Origin: Tubulanus polymorphus
Taxonomy: Eukaryota > Animalia > Nemertea
Length of the DNA: 64,000 nucleotides
Assembly (NCBI RefSeq): GCF_964204645.1
Contig: NC_134025.1
Span: forward strand, 24,656,299 to 24,720,298
Reading direction: 5' to 3'
Positions 38,852 to 53,087 of the stretch are shown piece by piece (the stretch's first letter is position 1; every line of letters starts with the position of its first letter). Below the pieces are notes generated by a model. That model had not been told where the DNA came from. It made no database searches and worked only from the letters and a program-made list of their open reading frames with translations. The position numbers and the translations under genes are program-made.

Positions 38852-41168
38852 TGAATTTCAACGCAATTAGCTCTATTGTGGAATTTTTTGGATATTCCCA
38901 ATGGATTGTTTCATAAAAGTTAAATTGAATTAAACGTATAAGATAAATGCCAAACTGTTGTATAGAAAATGGATCTAACACTTGTTCATAACACAGTCGG
39001 AGGTCCGGTTGAATCATGGACTCTGGTTCAGTCTCGTTGGTGAATGGACGGTAGTTGTTAATTGGATTAACAAGTTTGTACTCTTGCTCTACGTTTGGGA
39101 TATGGGGGTGAAAACTGTATATGTACATATAGAAAACCGACGGAATACTGCACATCCCATATACTAATAATATTTGTGAAATATTGTATATGTAAAATAG
39201 CCGCAATCACTCTTAAACCTGATGGAAAAGGAGAATGGTGCATTATCATTTGGAGCTGAGAGACGATTGCAAGACTGCACATTCCCCGAAAGGATTATCA
39301 CTGATTCATTTGAACAGAATATTTCACTTACGGCACATTTAGAAGGACGAACATGCGAGGGCTGATGAATAATTAGCTAAATAAGCGATCGTGTGGGTGC
39401 GCGGTTGATAATGTCGTTAAAGAGAAATTTGTCGGGGGAATGCGGGGTTGTGCGTTGTTCCGGACTATACTAATATGACCATTTGTCGATTGTAATAACC
39501 GCGATTAAATAGATCATCATTCCTGAATGATCCATGACTTCGCAAACGCTACATATACACTTATCAACCACATGTGGTGTGACCAGTGTCGAAATGGGTA
39601 AAAAACGAGAGAGGCAAAGTGAGAACCTAAAAGCCCGACGCACACGACGCAGGAACACGATGGGTAGTGCAGGGTAACCAAAGTAGCTGCCTTTATCTTA
39701 GCAATACCTGAAAAAATCCAAAATGATCGATGCTATCGGAATGATATCGATTGTTCCTTATTGGTCAACAACAACCGCATTATTTGAAACTAACAACCTG
39801 AGCCCAAATATGACAAAATAATCCAAGTTGTTCGTTTGAAAGATTGAAAAATATAACATTGGAAATTTCTCGAAATATTTCTAAAACGTTATGATGATAC
39901 ATACTTAACCATAATCATAAATTTCAAAATCGAAATGACGCTAGAAATTTGGATGACGTACCATCTAAAAAGTGACTAAATATAAAACCTATAGTTATTT
40001 TCAAGGTTATGGACGCAATGACCTTTTGAAAAGATTTTGTTGTAAAGAGCATATACCGCGATGCAAGAATACCCGACTGTCTTAATTAGAGAAAATCTTT
40101 GAAAGATATATGAGCGTGAAACAAATTTCACGCTTGAGTAAAAAAACACATGCTTTTTTCTGCGGGTTCCAAAATAGAACTGGATAATGGTAGTTTCGTG
40201 GTAAAACACTGAAGAATTAGCAGCAGTTGCTTCAGAAATCTCGATACAAATGTTCCCAATCGTTTTTCATTCCACAAAATGTGGTGGCTAAAATGAGCCA
40301 CAACTATTTTCCTTTTATTTGACTATAACTTTACCTAAATATTTGATTGTGTTTGCATTTCAAAATAGGGGCTTTAAAACGTACAACGTAATTGATAATT
40401 TAGATAATCGACTTAAAAACATTGTAATAGGAGCACTTTTTTGTGAACTTACCTTCGATGGTAACAAAAACATATAGTCCGTATAACGCGCACGTAATCA
40501 GAGTTAGTTATCGCCAGTGTTTCTGTCCTGCGGGAAAGATGACAAGTGAAATCGGTTGCAACGGAATAACGCTCTTTATCCGTGTACCACGTGATCAAAC
40601 CGCGCCAGTCGACAGTAATTCCCACTCGCCGATCCCGGCTGTAACATGATGTTGATAATAACTTTCATTACAGCTAGGGGACCCGAAGGGCACACGAACG
40701 GGGTCAACAGGTTTATGAAGCCTTGTTGAGAGAAGAAATATATCAAGGTCTCTGAATTTGAACGAAATTTCCAATTCGTGCAACACTAATAGCAAGCGAT
40801 GTCGTGCAACACAACGCCTGGCAGGCGATTCTAAGAATGATAGAAAATGATTTGGTTAGAATCAATATGGATCTATTAGATTGGAATTGGGTAGGAATAT
40901 ATGCATTTATTAGCAAAAAAATATTTGTTGACGACCACTTTTGCACTCGAAGGCAATCACATGAATTACTTTTTGCGACAGAGAATTTGCATTACACATC
41001 GTAATAGTCAATTTTTTTAAAAAGTGCGTTTAACCCAATAATTGGGTTAAACGCTATTGTCATCCACATCATCTCCATCGTTCAATGTTAATTTTCTATT
41101 TCGATTTTATTATTGATGCAAATAATAGCTACTGTGTCTGATGTTCGATAGCATTTTGAGCGTTTTTT

Positions 41169-41283
41169 TAGCACGGCCTAGCACAGTAATACATGACCTG
41201 GCACGGCCTAGGTCAGTAATACATGACATAGCACAACCAAGCAGGGTACCGGTAATACATGACCTAGCACGGCCTAACAGTAA
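41169..41283. repeat. ~30 bp minisatellite, ~3.5 copies
   Basis: Units resembling TAGCACGGCCTAGNNCAGTAATACATGACC. Confidence 0.8.
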
Positions 41284-41881
41284 AAAAGGAACACTTTACT
41301 GATTAATTGAATTATCCAAATGTCTTTCTATAACTCTGAAACAAAAGACTTCTTTGAGTATGTATCTTCAAAGAGCCTTTCCTGATCTTTAATCTTTTAA
41401 TGGGCATAATCCTTCCTGATTCTTTGTCAATCTATATATTTCATCTGTATTTTCCCTATCTTATTTTAGGGATACTTCTTAATCTTGATCTAAAAGCTAC
41501 TAGGTAAACATAATCAAAGTGTTCTATGAAAAAAGAAGATCTTAGATTGAGATCGGGACTTTTCATTAGGACCATAAATCATCAAGTGGTCTGTTCAACA
41601 CATAGCATTCATTAAATTATTAAGTGGACTGTTCAACAAAAGCATTATCATAATCAGATTTACAACACTACAGCTATGTTTGCGTTTGCTTACCTAAAAT
41701 CGACGTAATAGTGTGTTGGCTCAGAAAACTATGACAACAACGCTACTGTGGAAATTGACGATGAGGGAACTGCAAAGTTTGCAGCATGTTATGAGCAACA
41801 CCGCAAAGCCTCGATTTAAACTGTGTGTCCGATACTCTGTTCATAGAACGGGATATTTCTGGGTGTAAGACATGAGAGCAT

Positions 41882-42161
41882 CAGGGCGGATCCAGTCACA
41901 TTTTATGCTTTTTTATAGTATTTGACAATTGAGTCGCGCTCATAGCATTTCATTTTGGAAATTATTTCTGTCCTTTCGGGAATTTCTAAACTACCATGGA
42001 AGTACTATTGTTTAATATTACACGAATTCTTGCAATCACCGGCTAGCGCTGAGCTGAGACATCATCAGACTGTTTGCGGGTAGGCGGTGTAGTGGGACGG
42101 TATATTTTTTAAGGGGTCACGCGTACCACAGGTGCAATCCCCTGCTCTGAATCTGCCCCTG
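41882..42161. mobile_element. MITE with CAGGGCGGATCCAG / CTGAATCTGCCCCTG termini
   Basis: Imperfect TIRs of the same type as the element at 11450. Confidence 0.55.
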
Positions 42162-45100
42162 AGCATGACCAATATTCTTTCGACGATATAAGCAAAAGAT
42201 CAAACTGGTCTTCTCTTCTTCCAAAGCTAAATGTTTACATGAATTCAATTCAACGATTGGCCATCTTTGTGTGAAATGATGAACGACTCCCAAAATATAA
42301 GTTACGAAAGACGAAAATCAAAACGTTAAAGATGTTCTAAATGTTCTGTTTTTGATCAACTCTGGTCTCCCGAATTGCAATGAAAAGTTTTTGAGTCAAT
42401 TATCAACTCGGAGACGTTGATGAAATGCAAAAGATAATCTCAGTTGACGATAATTTGTAGGAAGGCCTGAAATGTCCTCAAACCCAATACTGTTTGCGGT
42501 ACTCAGCTGTAATAAAGAACGACGTAGGCTTCAATCAGTCTTTGTCAAGTGAGAATTTACGATGTGTGAACAAGCGTTTTTGAATTCTGCTGATACATCT
42601 AAAAACGGGTTGACACGATTCAGATATTCACTCGAGAGAGTTAACGGCAGACACGTATTATCGATGGTACGTGCGAAACGACTTGAAAATCTTCACATGG
42701 TGCGATCAACCGTGCGATAAAAGCAGCGAAATACCAGATACGGGTGTTACAGCAAAGCATGAGTTGGGGAACGCCTTGACAATCGACTGGCAAACCGAAC
42801 AGTAATTCATGAGAGGTTTTACTTCCCGATCGAGATACGAGGCATCTACTGAAAACCGGTATGTAGGTGCTGTGCGCTGATAATGACTTGCGTTTCAAAA
42901 GGCTGACCTTGACAAACGATAACATCTAGATATTTTTCAACTTTCTTCAAGCTAAAGCAATTTAATTGAAGTGCTACTCTTTGCCAAATCGACATTTTTA
43001 TAACATCAAACAGCTCTGCTTTTGACGACTGATTCGAAATCTCTTACGAAGTCAGTCGCTGAAAATAACCCCTTTTGTTTCACGAAACGATCATTTGACT
43101 TTTTCGTCCTAGAGCAGGCTTGATCCTGTAAATCACAGGAAATAAAACAAAGTAGATTAACAAGGTTCTATATTCGCGTCTGTAACTTGTAAGTGTATAT
43201 ACTGTGTGAGAAACTTGTGTCAAAAATGTGTCAGAATGGCACATCTTTTTCGCGGCCCAATAAAACTAACGGCTTGAGACAAAACCTTTTCGTTTTATTT
43301 CGCCTAAATGGCGTCTAAGAGAATTTGCTAAAATACTTCGCAAGAACTGATTTTACAATCAAAATTGACGAAGTAAATTTGTTACAAAGATAAACGCAGA
43401 CACTGTGAGATTTGTATTCTGTCAAACGTGGTTGCTAACGTATATCGATAACTCCCCAGTTGAATTGAATTTCCTTAAAAATTAATGGTCGTGTCATTGT
43501 TGAAAATTGAACGGCTTCCCAAAGGACATCTTCAAACGCGACCAATCGTCTGTGCATGGCTGAATCCGGAGCTTATAAAATGCCCGGATGTACGATATGC
43601 CGTTCGTTATATGAAATGCATATTCGAACGCAAAGATGCAATTCGAATTATCCATTTTGTGAAGTAGAAAAAGCACCTGTACGTACATTGTTGCTTACAC
43701 GTGGAAACAGATGTTAGACATGGTGTAAAGACTATACGGTCTTTATGGATGATGGCTTCGTGTTTAGGTCTGCATGCGTGATACGTACACATGTAAGTTA
43801 CGATCACGTATAGACCCGCCGCATAAGCAAACGGAAAAAGTCATTTTAAGGGCACCAATCAACCCGGTCCTCTGTGTATTCTGTTCAAAATGAGCGATTA
43901 TAATGCAACGACCGACGGTCGTTCGCAGTCACCGTGGACAAGACTGTCAACAAAATGAAACCAGATCAATCTACCGCCAAACAGAATATTGCTTTGATAA
44001 ATGATATATTCAACATGGCTATTGCAATATATTTTCTTCAATCTATATGTCTGTCAGAAGACATCACCAACAGATTCAATGAAAAAGAATCATTCAGAGT
44101 TATTTATTAGGCGAGTGCATTAGAAATAGTCAGATTAACTGTTTTTCCGTGTGCAGTGAGAAAATTGCCTAGTGCTACTTGGTTTGATATCGTCAACATC
44201 TCATTTTTATTGCGAGTAAGAACAATTTAATGAATCAGCGCCCAGCGGATGTCATGCACGAATAGCCGATGTCCACTTGAACGCCGTTTTCGTCGTAATA
44301 CACCCTCTATCTCATTTTCCGTATAGTTTACACTCAGCTGCGAATGCTCGTATTTTTTGTATCGGACCCGTTCAACAAGCAGGACTTCGGTAATCTATCA
44401 TTAAGTTTTATTAATGGCTTAGCCATTTCACCCGCGACGCATCGCATTAACGAAAGACATTGGGTAAACAGTCGCGAAGCAAAAACAAATCGACTCGGCT
44501 TAACGGCTCACTAGACGAAGTGAACATTTTCAATTTTCGTCTCAACCATCCGCCTGTTAAATCCATAAATTGCCGCTGATCAGGGGCATCCATCTACCCT
44601 TTTATGACTCCATGGAAAGTCTGGAAAATCAATCTTTCCTCAACTGGTAAAGGTGGTTGTTGACAAAAAGTGTGCACGTCAGTTTCCCAAACTTTGTCAC
44701 TTACCTCATTATTTTCTAACATGATTAATCATTTGAAACGATATCTTACCGTTCCGAATCACATAACGAATGGTTTTTAACGAAATGCCGAACTATTCTA
44801 CATTTACGGTGGGAGTACTGAAAAAGACGCTTTATTGTGGCGTGTTTTTACAGTTCAAAGAACTTTGCTTTTCCCGACATTACTTACACAAAACCGACAA
44901 CCTGTGTGTGCAGCACTAACGACAAAACTAGCTCTTCAGACCAGAACAAAGTCATGCGGTTTACCACGAAGAATGTTTACCAGAAAAAAACCCTATTGGT
45001 TTTGTTACGAAACATTTGATGAAAAAGAAGCGTGACCCGTCGATTCAGAATCTAACTACAAGGAAAGTACACAACGGCGTACACTTGGTCGAGTTGCTGC

Positions 45101-48100
45101 AAATCTATTTAAAAACGAGTCTCAAAGGAGAATGTTGTTTGATATTGAGGTACTACATGTAACACTTGGCCGAAAAATCGTTTTCAGAGTTTTTGAGACG
45201 AAGGCATCATATATTCGATTTACTCCGTCGGCGTCATTTATTCACAGCTTCACAACATTGCCGGATCTCCGTAACATATAATTAACAATCGTTTCTTTAG
45301 AATACCGCTACAAAATAACATAATCATGCGACGGATTCGTAACTTAAACATCTGCTACAAATATCTCCTTTTCGTAACGTGAATTCAATTAACTGGGGTA
45401 AATGTTGAATTACATTTACCGTGATTGACTGGAGCAGTGTCAATGTTGTTGGAAAATCGAGTGACTGCACCAGTTCGCAATTTCTCTTTCATAGCTGTCA
45501 AAGCCAACCTAGTCAAATTGATACCCGAACAACTACATCCAATTTGGTGACCTGCGAAGCCCATCGAAGAGATGTAAACACGAGTCTCCAAGGAAGAAAA
45601 ACGGCAAATACACGGAAAATATCGTAGTTATGGCGGTATTCCCTCAAGAAATAGCTACACTCAGTAAAAACAAGATTACCTTGGAAAATCTTATGTCGCT
45701 TCACGCGTGGTAAGATTATTTCCTTTGATTATATAAGGAAAAACTAATAAATAAGTTTGGAAAATGATAATAGCGCACTCACGAGTCCACGCGGGCCGTC
45801 GTGCGCACGAATTCTTGTATCAGTGTCATTTCAACCCCAACACAATAATTACCCGGGAATCGTATTTCTTATCAAAAACGGCTCGGCGAAGTATCCATCT
45901 AACCTTATACAACGTAACTAATTGCACACAAAAACACGCACGCGTTATACGTTGAAATATGATTTCCTTCTGAAAACTCATCATAACACATGCTAAGCAC
46001 TACGGAGAAGCAGTAAATTCTGTTTAATATTCAAACGGCTCAATTAGTTTTTGTTGGTATGACGGCATCTGTCGTTATCCCAGAAAATCTGCTCGTACAT
46101 AATTGTAAAGCAGCTAAAGTTTTAGATTTACGTAGGCTCAAGTGGAAATTATGTGATCACAGGCATGTTATTCAGTGCTTCACTCGTTCGATGAAAGTTC
46201 ATCAAAAGGAATGATTTCAGCGATATTCCGAAATGACGATTCTTCGTATAAAACTTTCTTATTCTTATTTCACCGTACCGATATTAAGGAAACATAATTC
46301 AGACTCTAATTGCATACATGCGTATGCATCATTATATTTCGTCACCACCAACGTACAGCATGCAGTGATTCGACTGGAAGTGGCGACATTTTCAAAAGTT
46401 TCTTTTTGAAAATAACTGTTGATAATAAAAGATCTCGAGTTGCGTATTTACCAGTAGGAATCAATCAGCTTAACTACTGAGAAAATTCTGATAAGCTGCT
46501 AACGAGTCATTCATAAAACGGTAAAGTAATGAGCAATTCTAGCCGAAGGAGGTATAGTACCACCAACAACCGTCTTTCGAAAAGAAATTGCTATATTTTT
46601 TCTGCGTTACATTTTTTACCAACCCACACATAAGCACTACAAAGATCGGGACGATGTACGCTCTTCTCTAATGGAACTATCAAATGTATGTTGCTTTGGG
46701 GTCCTTCGATGATTTGTGTATTTGGAGCCCAGTGACTAATTGGATAATGGTATATCCACACGGTGCTGCCAATTGGATTCGCTTACGAGACACAGTCTGT
46801 TGTGCGTTTTCCGCTCAACGCGAACAAATAATATTTGCAATTCTTTCCCTCGTAAGAAGCTGGCGTCAATTAGTTTTCCTGATCATATATGGCAATTAAT
46901 TATATTGCGTGCAGATTACTTGCGAAAGGACATGCTACGAAGTATTAGACATTTCTGTCTTCGGATGATCAAACGTTCAAAATTCTATGCCCGTGGGCAT
47001 AGACACGATGAACAAGACTAAGCTGATGTTTTTGGGCTTCGCGCACGAAAGAAAGCGCCGCGTGAACATTCCTTGCTTTTTAATATTGGAAATAAAGTTT
47101 GCTTTGAACCGATGGAACGGATTATGATTTCATTAATTAAAAAACATATCCATACCACAGACCGCCCTTATATACTGATGTCTACAACCGTAGGTCGGTA
47201 TTTCTCTGTTCACACGAGATTACCTGAGATATAAGACCTGAAAACGCGTCAATTCGTCTGCATTGTGATTCTATTGAGTTTCTCTGATTTTTAAACCCAC
47301 TATTAATCTACGGAACGGTTTACTCCAGGGACCTATTTGATTGATCGGTTATAGCATCCTCAGTCCCTCGCGACACAAAAACCATAAACCGATGAATAAT
47401 GGATCCACGTGACTGCGAATCATTAACGTCTTAAAATGCTGACACTTCAAAATTTAAGAATCTTCCGAATTAAGAGGTATCGTAGGGAACAAAACTGTCA
47501 GGTTTATGTATTGCCACGCGATTTAATTGGCTGATTTTATAGGTTAGAATAAATCTTACTTGTCATTACATGCTAACTTATCTCTGAGTCGTTTTCAATA
47601 ACGGACGCAAAAACCTAACTAAACGGTTTGTTGTTTGACAAACTTTGCACACAGCACCGCAAACGTGAAAGGCATCAACATTATGATTCGAAGTTCGTAT
47701 CGGTGCACCTCGAGATCCAATTATGATATTCCAGGCAAGTAAAGAAAAAGATTCATATGGATATTCGATGAAGATGTTTTTGACGAGCAGGTTTACTTGA
47801 GCATCGCACTAAATTACACTGACACTGTCTCTTAATGAAGAAGACAGCCACATGGACGCGTACATGTTCTCTGTTTTAACGGGTGAGCCGTATTCGATTT
47901 TGGTATGTTGGTATTTTTTTCCAGAAAACCCGACGGTTATGATGTTGAAATTGAAACACGTGTGCATTCATATGCGTCAGAGTGACATTTTAAGGTATTT
48001 TCACCGATTCATTGACAGTATCAATAGTAAGGCAATTCCAATCTCAACTGCGAGGCAGTGCCTCAGGGTGCCAATCAACCTGGCAATTTTTAAAGTTGTT

Positions 48101-49501
48101 TTTAGAAGCTCCTAATTTGGTCTCGAATTCTTTCATGATCGAGCGCATGCGTTCAGCTCGTCGCCAATCACTATTCGATCAAACACGACAACAAGGTCTC
48201 CGTGCGGCCAATAACACACTGATGAAAGGCCCGTTCGGAAGCTACTCAGATTATCTATCCTGTTTTCCGTGCTAACGCGTCTCCTCTGGTTACGAGTTAT
48301 TTTTACAACCTTTGTACATCTAGAAAATACGTCACACGGATTGTCGGGGTATTAGAGCAGGACGATGCTTATTTCCAAAGAGAACGGCGTACACGCTAGC
48401 CTTCAACTATACCATATGGTCATATATTCATCAGCACCTTCGTGTGACTACAGCCCATTTCCTTGATTTCAGTGCCCACTGGCGACATTTGACGACGCGT
48501 CAGGACATGCCATAACAACGTCGAAGAGTGTTAGGCAAATAATGTAAATCACGTTTTACTGACATTACGAGTGCAAACCTCTAAACACTTTCTTTAGTAA
48601 TGGTCCCCGAAGAAGCTGCTCGAGATGCAAATAACGCATGAAACAAATATGATGAGTCGTCTTAGTACTTCATGTCTAGTCAATAAATAGTTTGCATTCT
48701 GGCATTCCGGCATCTTTATTACCTATAAACAAAGCTGATTAACGGGCCCATGAGGTATTAGCAGAAAATATCCTCGATTACCAGGCTTTGATTCAAAATC
48801 TAGATGAGAACTCAGACCTTTATGGCCGGTTCATTTTCACAGTTAGAGTTCGAGTTTTCCATTCGTATGAAGAGCATCGAATGGAATCTATTATCAGTTA
48901 ATGCAATTGCGCTTTCGGGAACAATCATATCCATCGCAAAGGCACATCAGGGAAAAGCGATGAACGAAATCCCTACTGTGTAAAGAAGCCATCGCTTCTT
49001 ACAACTCGAAGTCCGTATAACGACAACGGATGTTCTCTCATCAGGAAGTCACGAACCGCGATTATGTCGGTCGCTGCTAATGCCATCGAAAGTTGCTTTT
49101 CTGCGAAGCGGATCAATCTAAACGAACAAGGCAATGTGTTGCGTTTTGCAGCGTTGTACGTAGATCGTTCGCATGATCGCGATAAATACGCGGCTCAGGC
49201 GATAAGTAAATTATGTAGCGGTGATAAAGTCCGGTCATTTGTCAAGACCACTTTTTCATTAAGCCAGGTACCAACTGTGCAAATGATAGCTGACTACAAT
49301 GTTAACAACGTCATTAACATGACACTGAGGCCATGAATAGATAATATCTAAAAATTATTACAATCACCAGTAGTATCCGCTGTTAATACATAAAATGACC
49401 TCTTAGAATCTGAAATACGTATCGCGTCGTTCCACCAAGGACTCTTTTTTCGCTTATCTGTATTTTCTTTTTTTCCTAAGGGCTGCTTTTTTGTACAATC
49501 T

Positions 49502-50074
49502 AATAGGGAAGTTTCCAACTTCCAGGCGCCATTTTGAGGCGGTCCCGCGGGTCCCGCATTGTTGGACAGATTTTAACATTTTTAAATCTAAAACCGCTAG
49601 CGCGATTAATTGTCATCCATCCCTCTTTTGGCACAAAATCGCGCGCGATTTGCACTAAACTCAACCGGTAGATTGGCCGTGGCCGCGTTTCTATGAAGAT
49701 ATTTTCACGAATACAGTATCAACAAAATCTTCAGATAAAACTTTATCTTCGGATGAAAAAGTTACAACCAATGACACAAAATTATCAATTTTTTTGAGGC
49801 GCCTTCCTAAAAGTGATGTATCTTTTTTAAACTGTAACTGTGTTCGATTGTTGCAGCGGAGGAAAATGAAATAAACACGATCAGAAAATAGAAATTGCCA
49901 TCTTTCTAACGATGCATGACTTTAATTTTTGCCTAATTTTTGAGGCAAAAGGGAGATGCACTACAATAGATCGCGCTAAAGGTTTTAGTTTGAAAAATGT
50001 TAAAATCTGTCCAACAATGCGGGACTTCTGGGACCGCCTCAAAATGGCGCCTGGAAACTGGAAACCTCCCTATT
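49502..50074. mobile_element. MITE with ~80 bp terminal inverted repeats
   Basis: AATAGGGAAGTTTCCA..CAGGCGCCATTTTGAGGCGGTCCC..GTCCCGCATTGTTGGACAGATTTTAACATTTTT, with its reverse complement at ~49993-50074. Confidence 0.85.
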
Positions 50075-52007
50075 GTTGCTTCAAAGCAGTCCTTCATCTA
50101 ATATCATTGCATTTTAATTTATATTGTTCATTCATCAATTTTGTAAAAAAATTTCAAATGAGAAATGAATTATATCGTATCATCATGTCAAAAAAGGAGT
50201 CCATGCTTCCACCAACGAACTTGGCGCTTGCGATTAAACCCGAGAAACTAATCACAGCGATGAAGATTAAGTCAAATGTAGAGCAATACAATGTAAAAAA
50301 CCTTCCTCGTGACATTTGCATCATTAGCATCATCTTTTTCATTCGGCTTAGTTACTTCGGATTTATTTGCTTTCAGATTAATGTCTTTTCCCTAAGAGTT
50401 ATTATAATTTCTCCAAAGCATTCGCATCTGAACACTATCACGTATAAAACCATATAATTCGCAGATATCCAAGGCGAAACATTTCTCATTTGTTCAATTT
50501 CTATGCTGTCGTAAATATTGTATCTTGAAATTTGCATCAGTTTGATTATTCACTGAATGCAATGTCCATCATATCACGTGAAGTATAGTTTTGATTGTTT
50601 TAATGATGAAATGCGTATACCTACACTTTCAGGTGTATTTTCATTACGATTGCTAGATAGCAAATTGATAGCAGCTGGCCGGCGAAGGGCTTTTATTTTG
50701 CGATAAATCTAGTAAAGTTTGATTGATAGGCGCTGGGCCTAATGGCATCGTAGAAAAAATATCCACCGAAGACCACCGAAAACGAAAGTACATGCTTCGT
50801 GGCAATATGGTCAGCGGCGTCCGTAATCGTCGAGGTTTCGATGGATTGTGGAGTTGTGCCGATGAAACGCTCGCCTGCACGGTGTGGTTTATAGAAATTA
50901 TCAATCATTGACGGGTACTAATGACCACGCGACGCTGATTACTGTCATCGTTTTCCCTCTCGAGCCGCGAATAACAGCAGCCGTCCGTCGTCCACGTGAA
51001 AAATGAGCTGAACATGGCAAAGACATTAACCAAATCTCACGAACCAAACTGATAAGCTTCATTCACATTTCGGCCAACAAAGCCGTCTGCAATTTGTACG
51101 ATTATACGGTAGGAAAAAATTCGCAATAAAATGCCTGCTTTTAAGAAAAACAATGAATCGATTCTATTTTGAATATAGGATATGAATATGTCACGAACTT
51201 GATATTTGCTGCCTTGGTTGAATGCTGAAAAGGATAAATATTTTGTTCCTCGCTAGAGAAAACTATTTCAAAATGCGTCGTAACTGTTGTTGTTGTTGAC
51301 ACGATGGAGCTATAGAACCTGCCCCTCGAAAATCCACGCCCAAATCAGTAGTTAGACATAAACAAGATGGAAGTAGGAAGAACAGTATTATGGAAGATAA
51401 CACATTGAATTCTGGGGAATGATCGCCGCGAAACTGAACATGATGGAGTTGTCTGCAGGTGACATGCGAACATCACCGCGTGTGATAAAATCAAGCGATT
51501 TCATCTAAACTTTTATTCTATAACTAAGATAGTTGCTTTCATTCTTCACTGGTTATGATCCTGCAATGTTGACGAAAAGCTCAAACTAGCTACAATTCAT
51601 AAGATTAACGCAGTAGAAATAAGCGATGAGCTAAGGCCATGGCACTGCGCACCTGTCCTCCCGGAATAAGAGGAATGAATACGTAATTGACAGCTTGATT
51701 GCTACGTCTACATGTATCCCAGTATTAATATCAAAAGACCAGCGTGTGTTCATAAACGCGAGCGTTTAGCTAAAAAGTCTGACACGACATGAAAATGACA
51801 TTTGGAGGTAGATCTGCATTTGATATTGAAAGAAATTGCGTGTCTCTATGTCTGCGGTCAACATAAAAAAAACGACTTAACGAAAAGTTACTGGTTTGAC
51901 TGGACGACTTAAAATCGTACTTTGAAACAGCACCATAAAAGGACATCAGAACTCATAAATCTCGAAATAATATCAGGATGTAAATAGTGTCCATATAACC
52001 GCTGTTA

Positions 52008-52279
52008 AGGAGAGAATCCCACAATGATAATAAAAAGTCCGAAAATGAAACTTCGAGATAGTAGTTTATTTCAACGTTTCGACTATATCCTAATAGTCAT
52101 CTTCAGGAATAATGAAGATGATTATTATTATTATCATTATTCCTGAAGATGACTATTAGGATATAGTCGAAACGTTGAAATAAACTACTATCTCGAAGTT
52201 TCATTTTCGGACTTTTTATTATCATTGTGGGATTCTCTCCTCATCGCGTCAACACGGATATAGTGTTCTACCAATCGTG
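52008..52279. mobile_element. Penelope-like retroelement remnant: 108 bp-arm palindrome plus short tail
   Basis: Arms 52008-52115 / 52134-52241 are reverse complements with no mismatch seen. The insert is flanked by the 12 bp direct repeat AACCGCTGTTAA (51997-52008, 52280-52291) and contains a hammerhead core. Confidence 0.75.
52136..52184 (+). ncRNA. Minimal type-I hammerhead ribozyme (mirror copy on the minus strand at ~52065-52113)
   Basis: TTATTC-CTGAAGA-T-GACTA ttaggata TAGTC-GAAA-CGTT-GAAATAA: CUGANGA and GAAA cores, a 5 bp stem II and a palindromic ACGT mini stem III. Confidence 0.65.
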
Positions 52280-53087
52280 AACCGCTGTTAAATCGAAATG
52301 GAATTGAGTTGATGTTCTTGCGATTGAATGGATTTGAGATTTGTAAGCGATCGCTGTTTCTGGTTTTATCGTTGTTCTTACTGGGATCCCTAATCTTATG
52401 ATGGCGCCGATTTCTATTTGACAAAGGCATAAATCGAAATTCAACGCACAAAATCAACATTTGATACCGGATTTAGCGATTCTCAGCATTAGCTAATTAA
52501 AGATCTCCGTGCTGTGTGGTGACGACGTTAGAAAATAATTATCCCTTCTTATCGAAAGAAGTGTTTGCTTTATTTGTTTTTTTTTTCGTGGGATTTTAAC
52601 GCAAAAGTCTGGGAGGTGAACAAATTACGACTAAATAGATTGAAATTGTTCACTAGATTAAGGGTGGAGAAATGCTGAAAATTCTATTGATTCACGATTA
52701 AAGGCTCGAAAGATTAAGTGTTTTCGAATGATGCATTTCGAAACGACTGGTGCCTTTACTAACTGGGGATAAAGCTCAGTTGTACAATTGTTCATTGTGT
52801 TCCAAGCGGTGCCGCCAAAATGCATTTCCACATCAATCAATACGGTCAGAGAACTGATATGTCGTAAAAGAGAACTGATACGATGATAGATCTTCGCTGA
52901 TTTACATTTGTTTCATCGGTGCCTTCACGCAATATAAAGGTGGAAATCTTATATTTATCTTATCGTCGGTAAGCATCAGTCGACAAACGAAATGACACCA
53001 TATATGTATGAATCGCTGGGAAATGAAGAGATGTGACTGTGCCTTGTAAACGGCTCCCTTGAGAAAGCAAACATTACCATTAAAGCG

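Noticed and set aside
44452-44470. miR-71-like GAAAGACATTGGGTA
   Set aside because: It has an insertion and a divergent 3' end relative to the mature miRNA as I recall it, and no convincing precursor hairpin.
49912-50457. 181 aa ORF
   Set aside because: It starts inside a MITE inverted repeat and has no recognisable domain or splice context.
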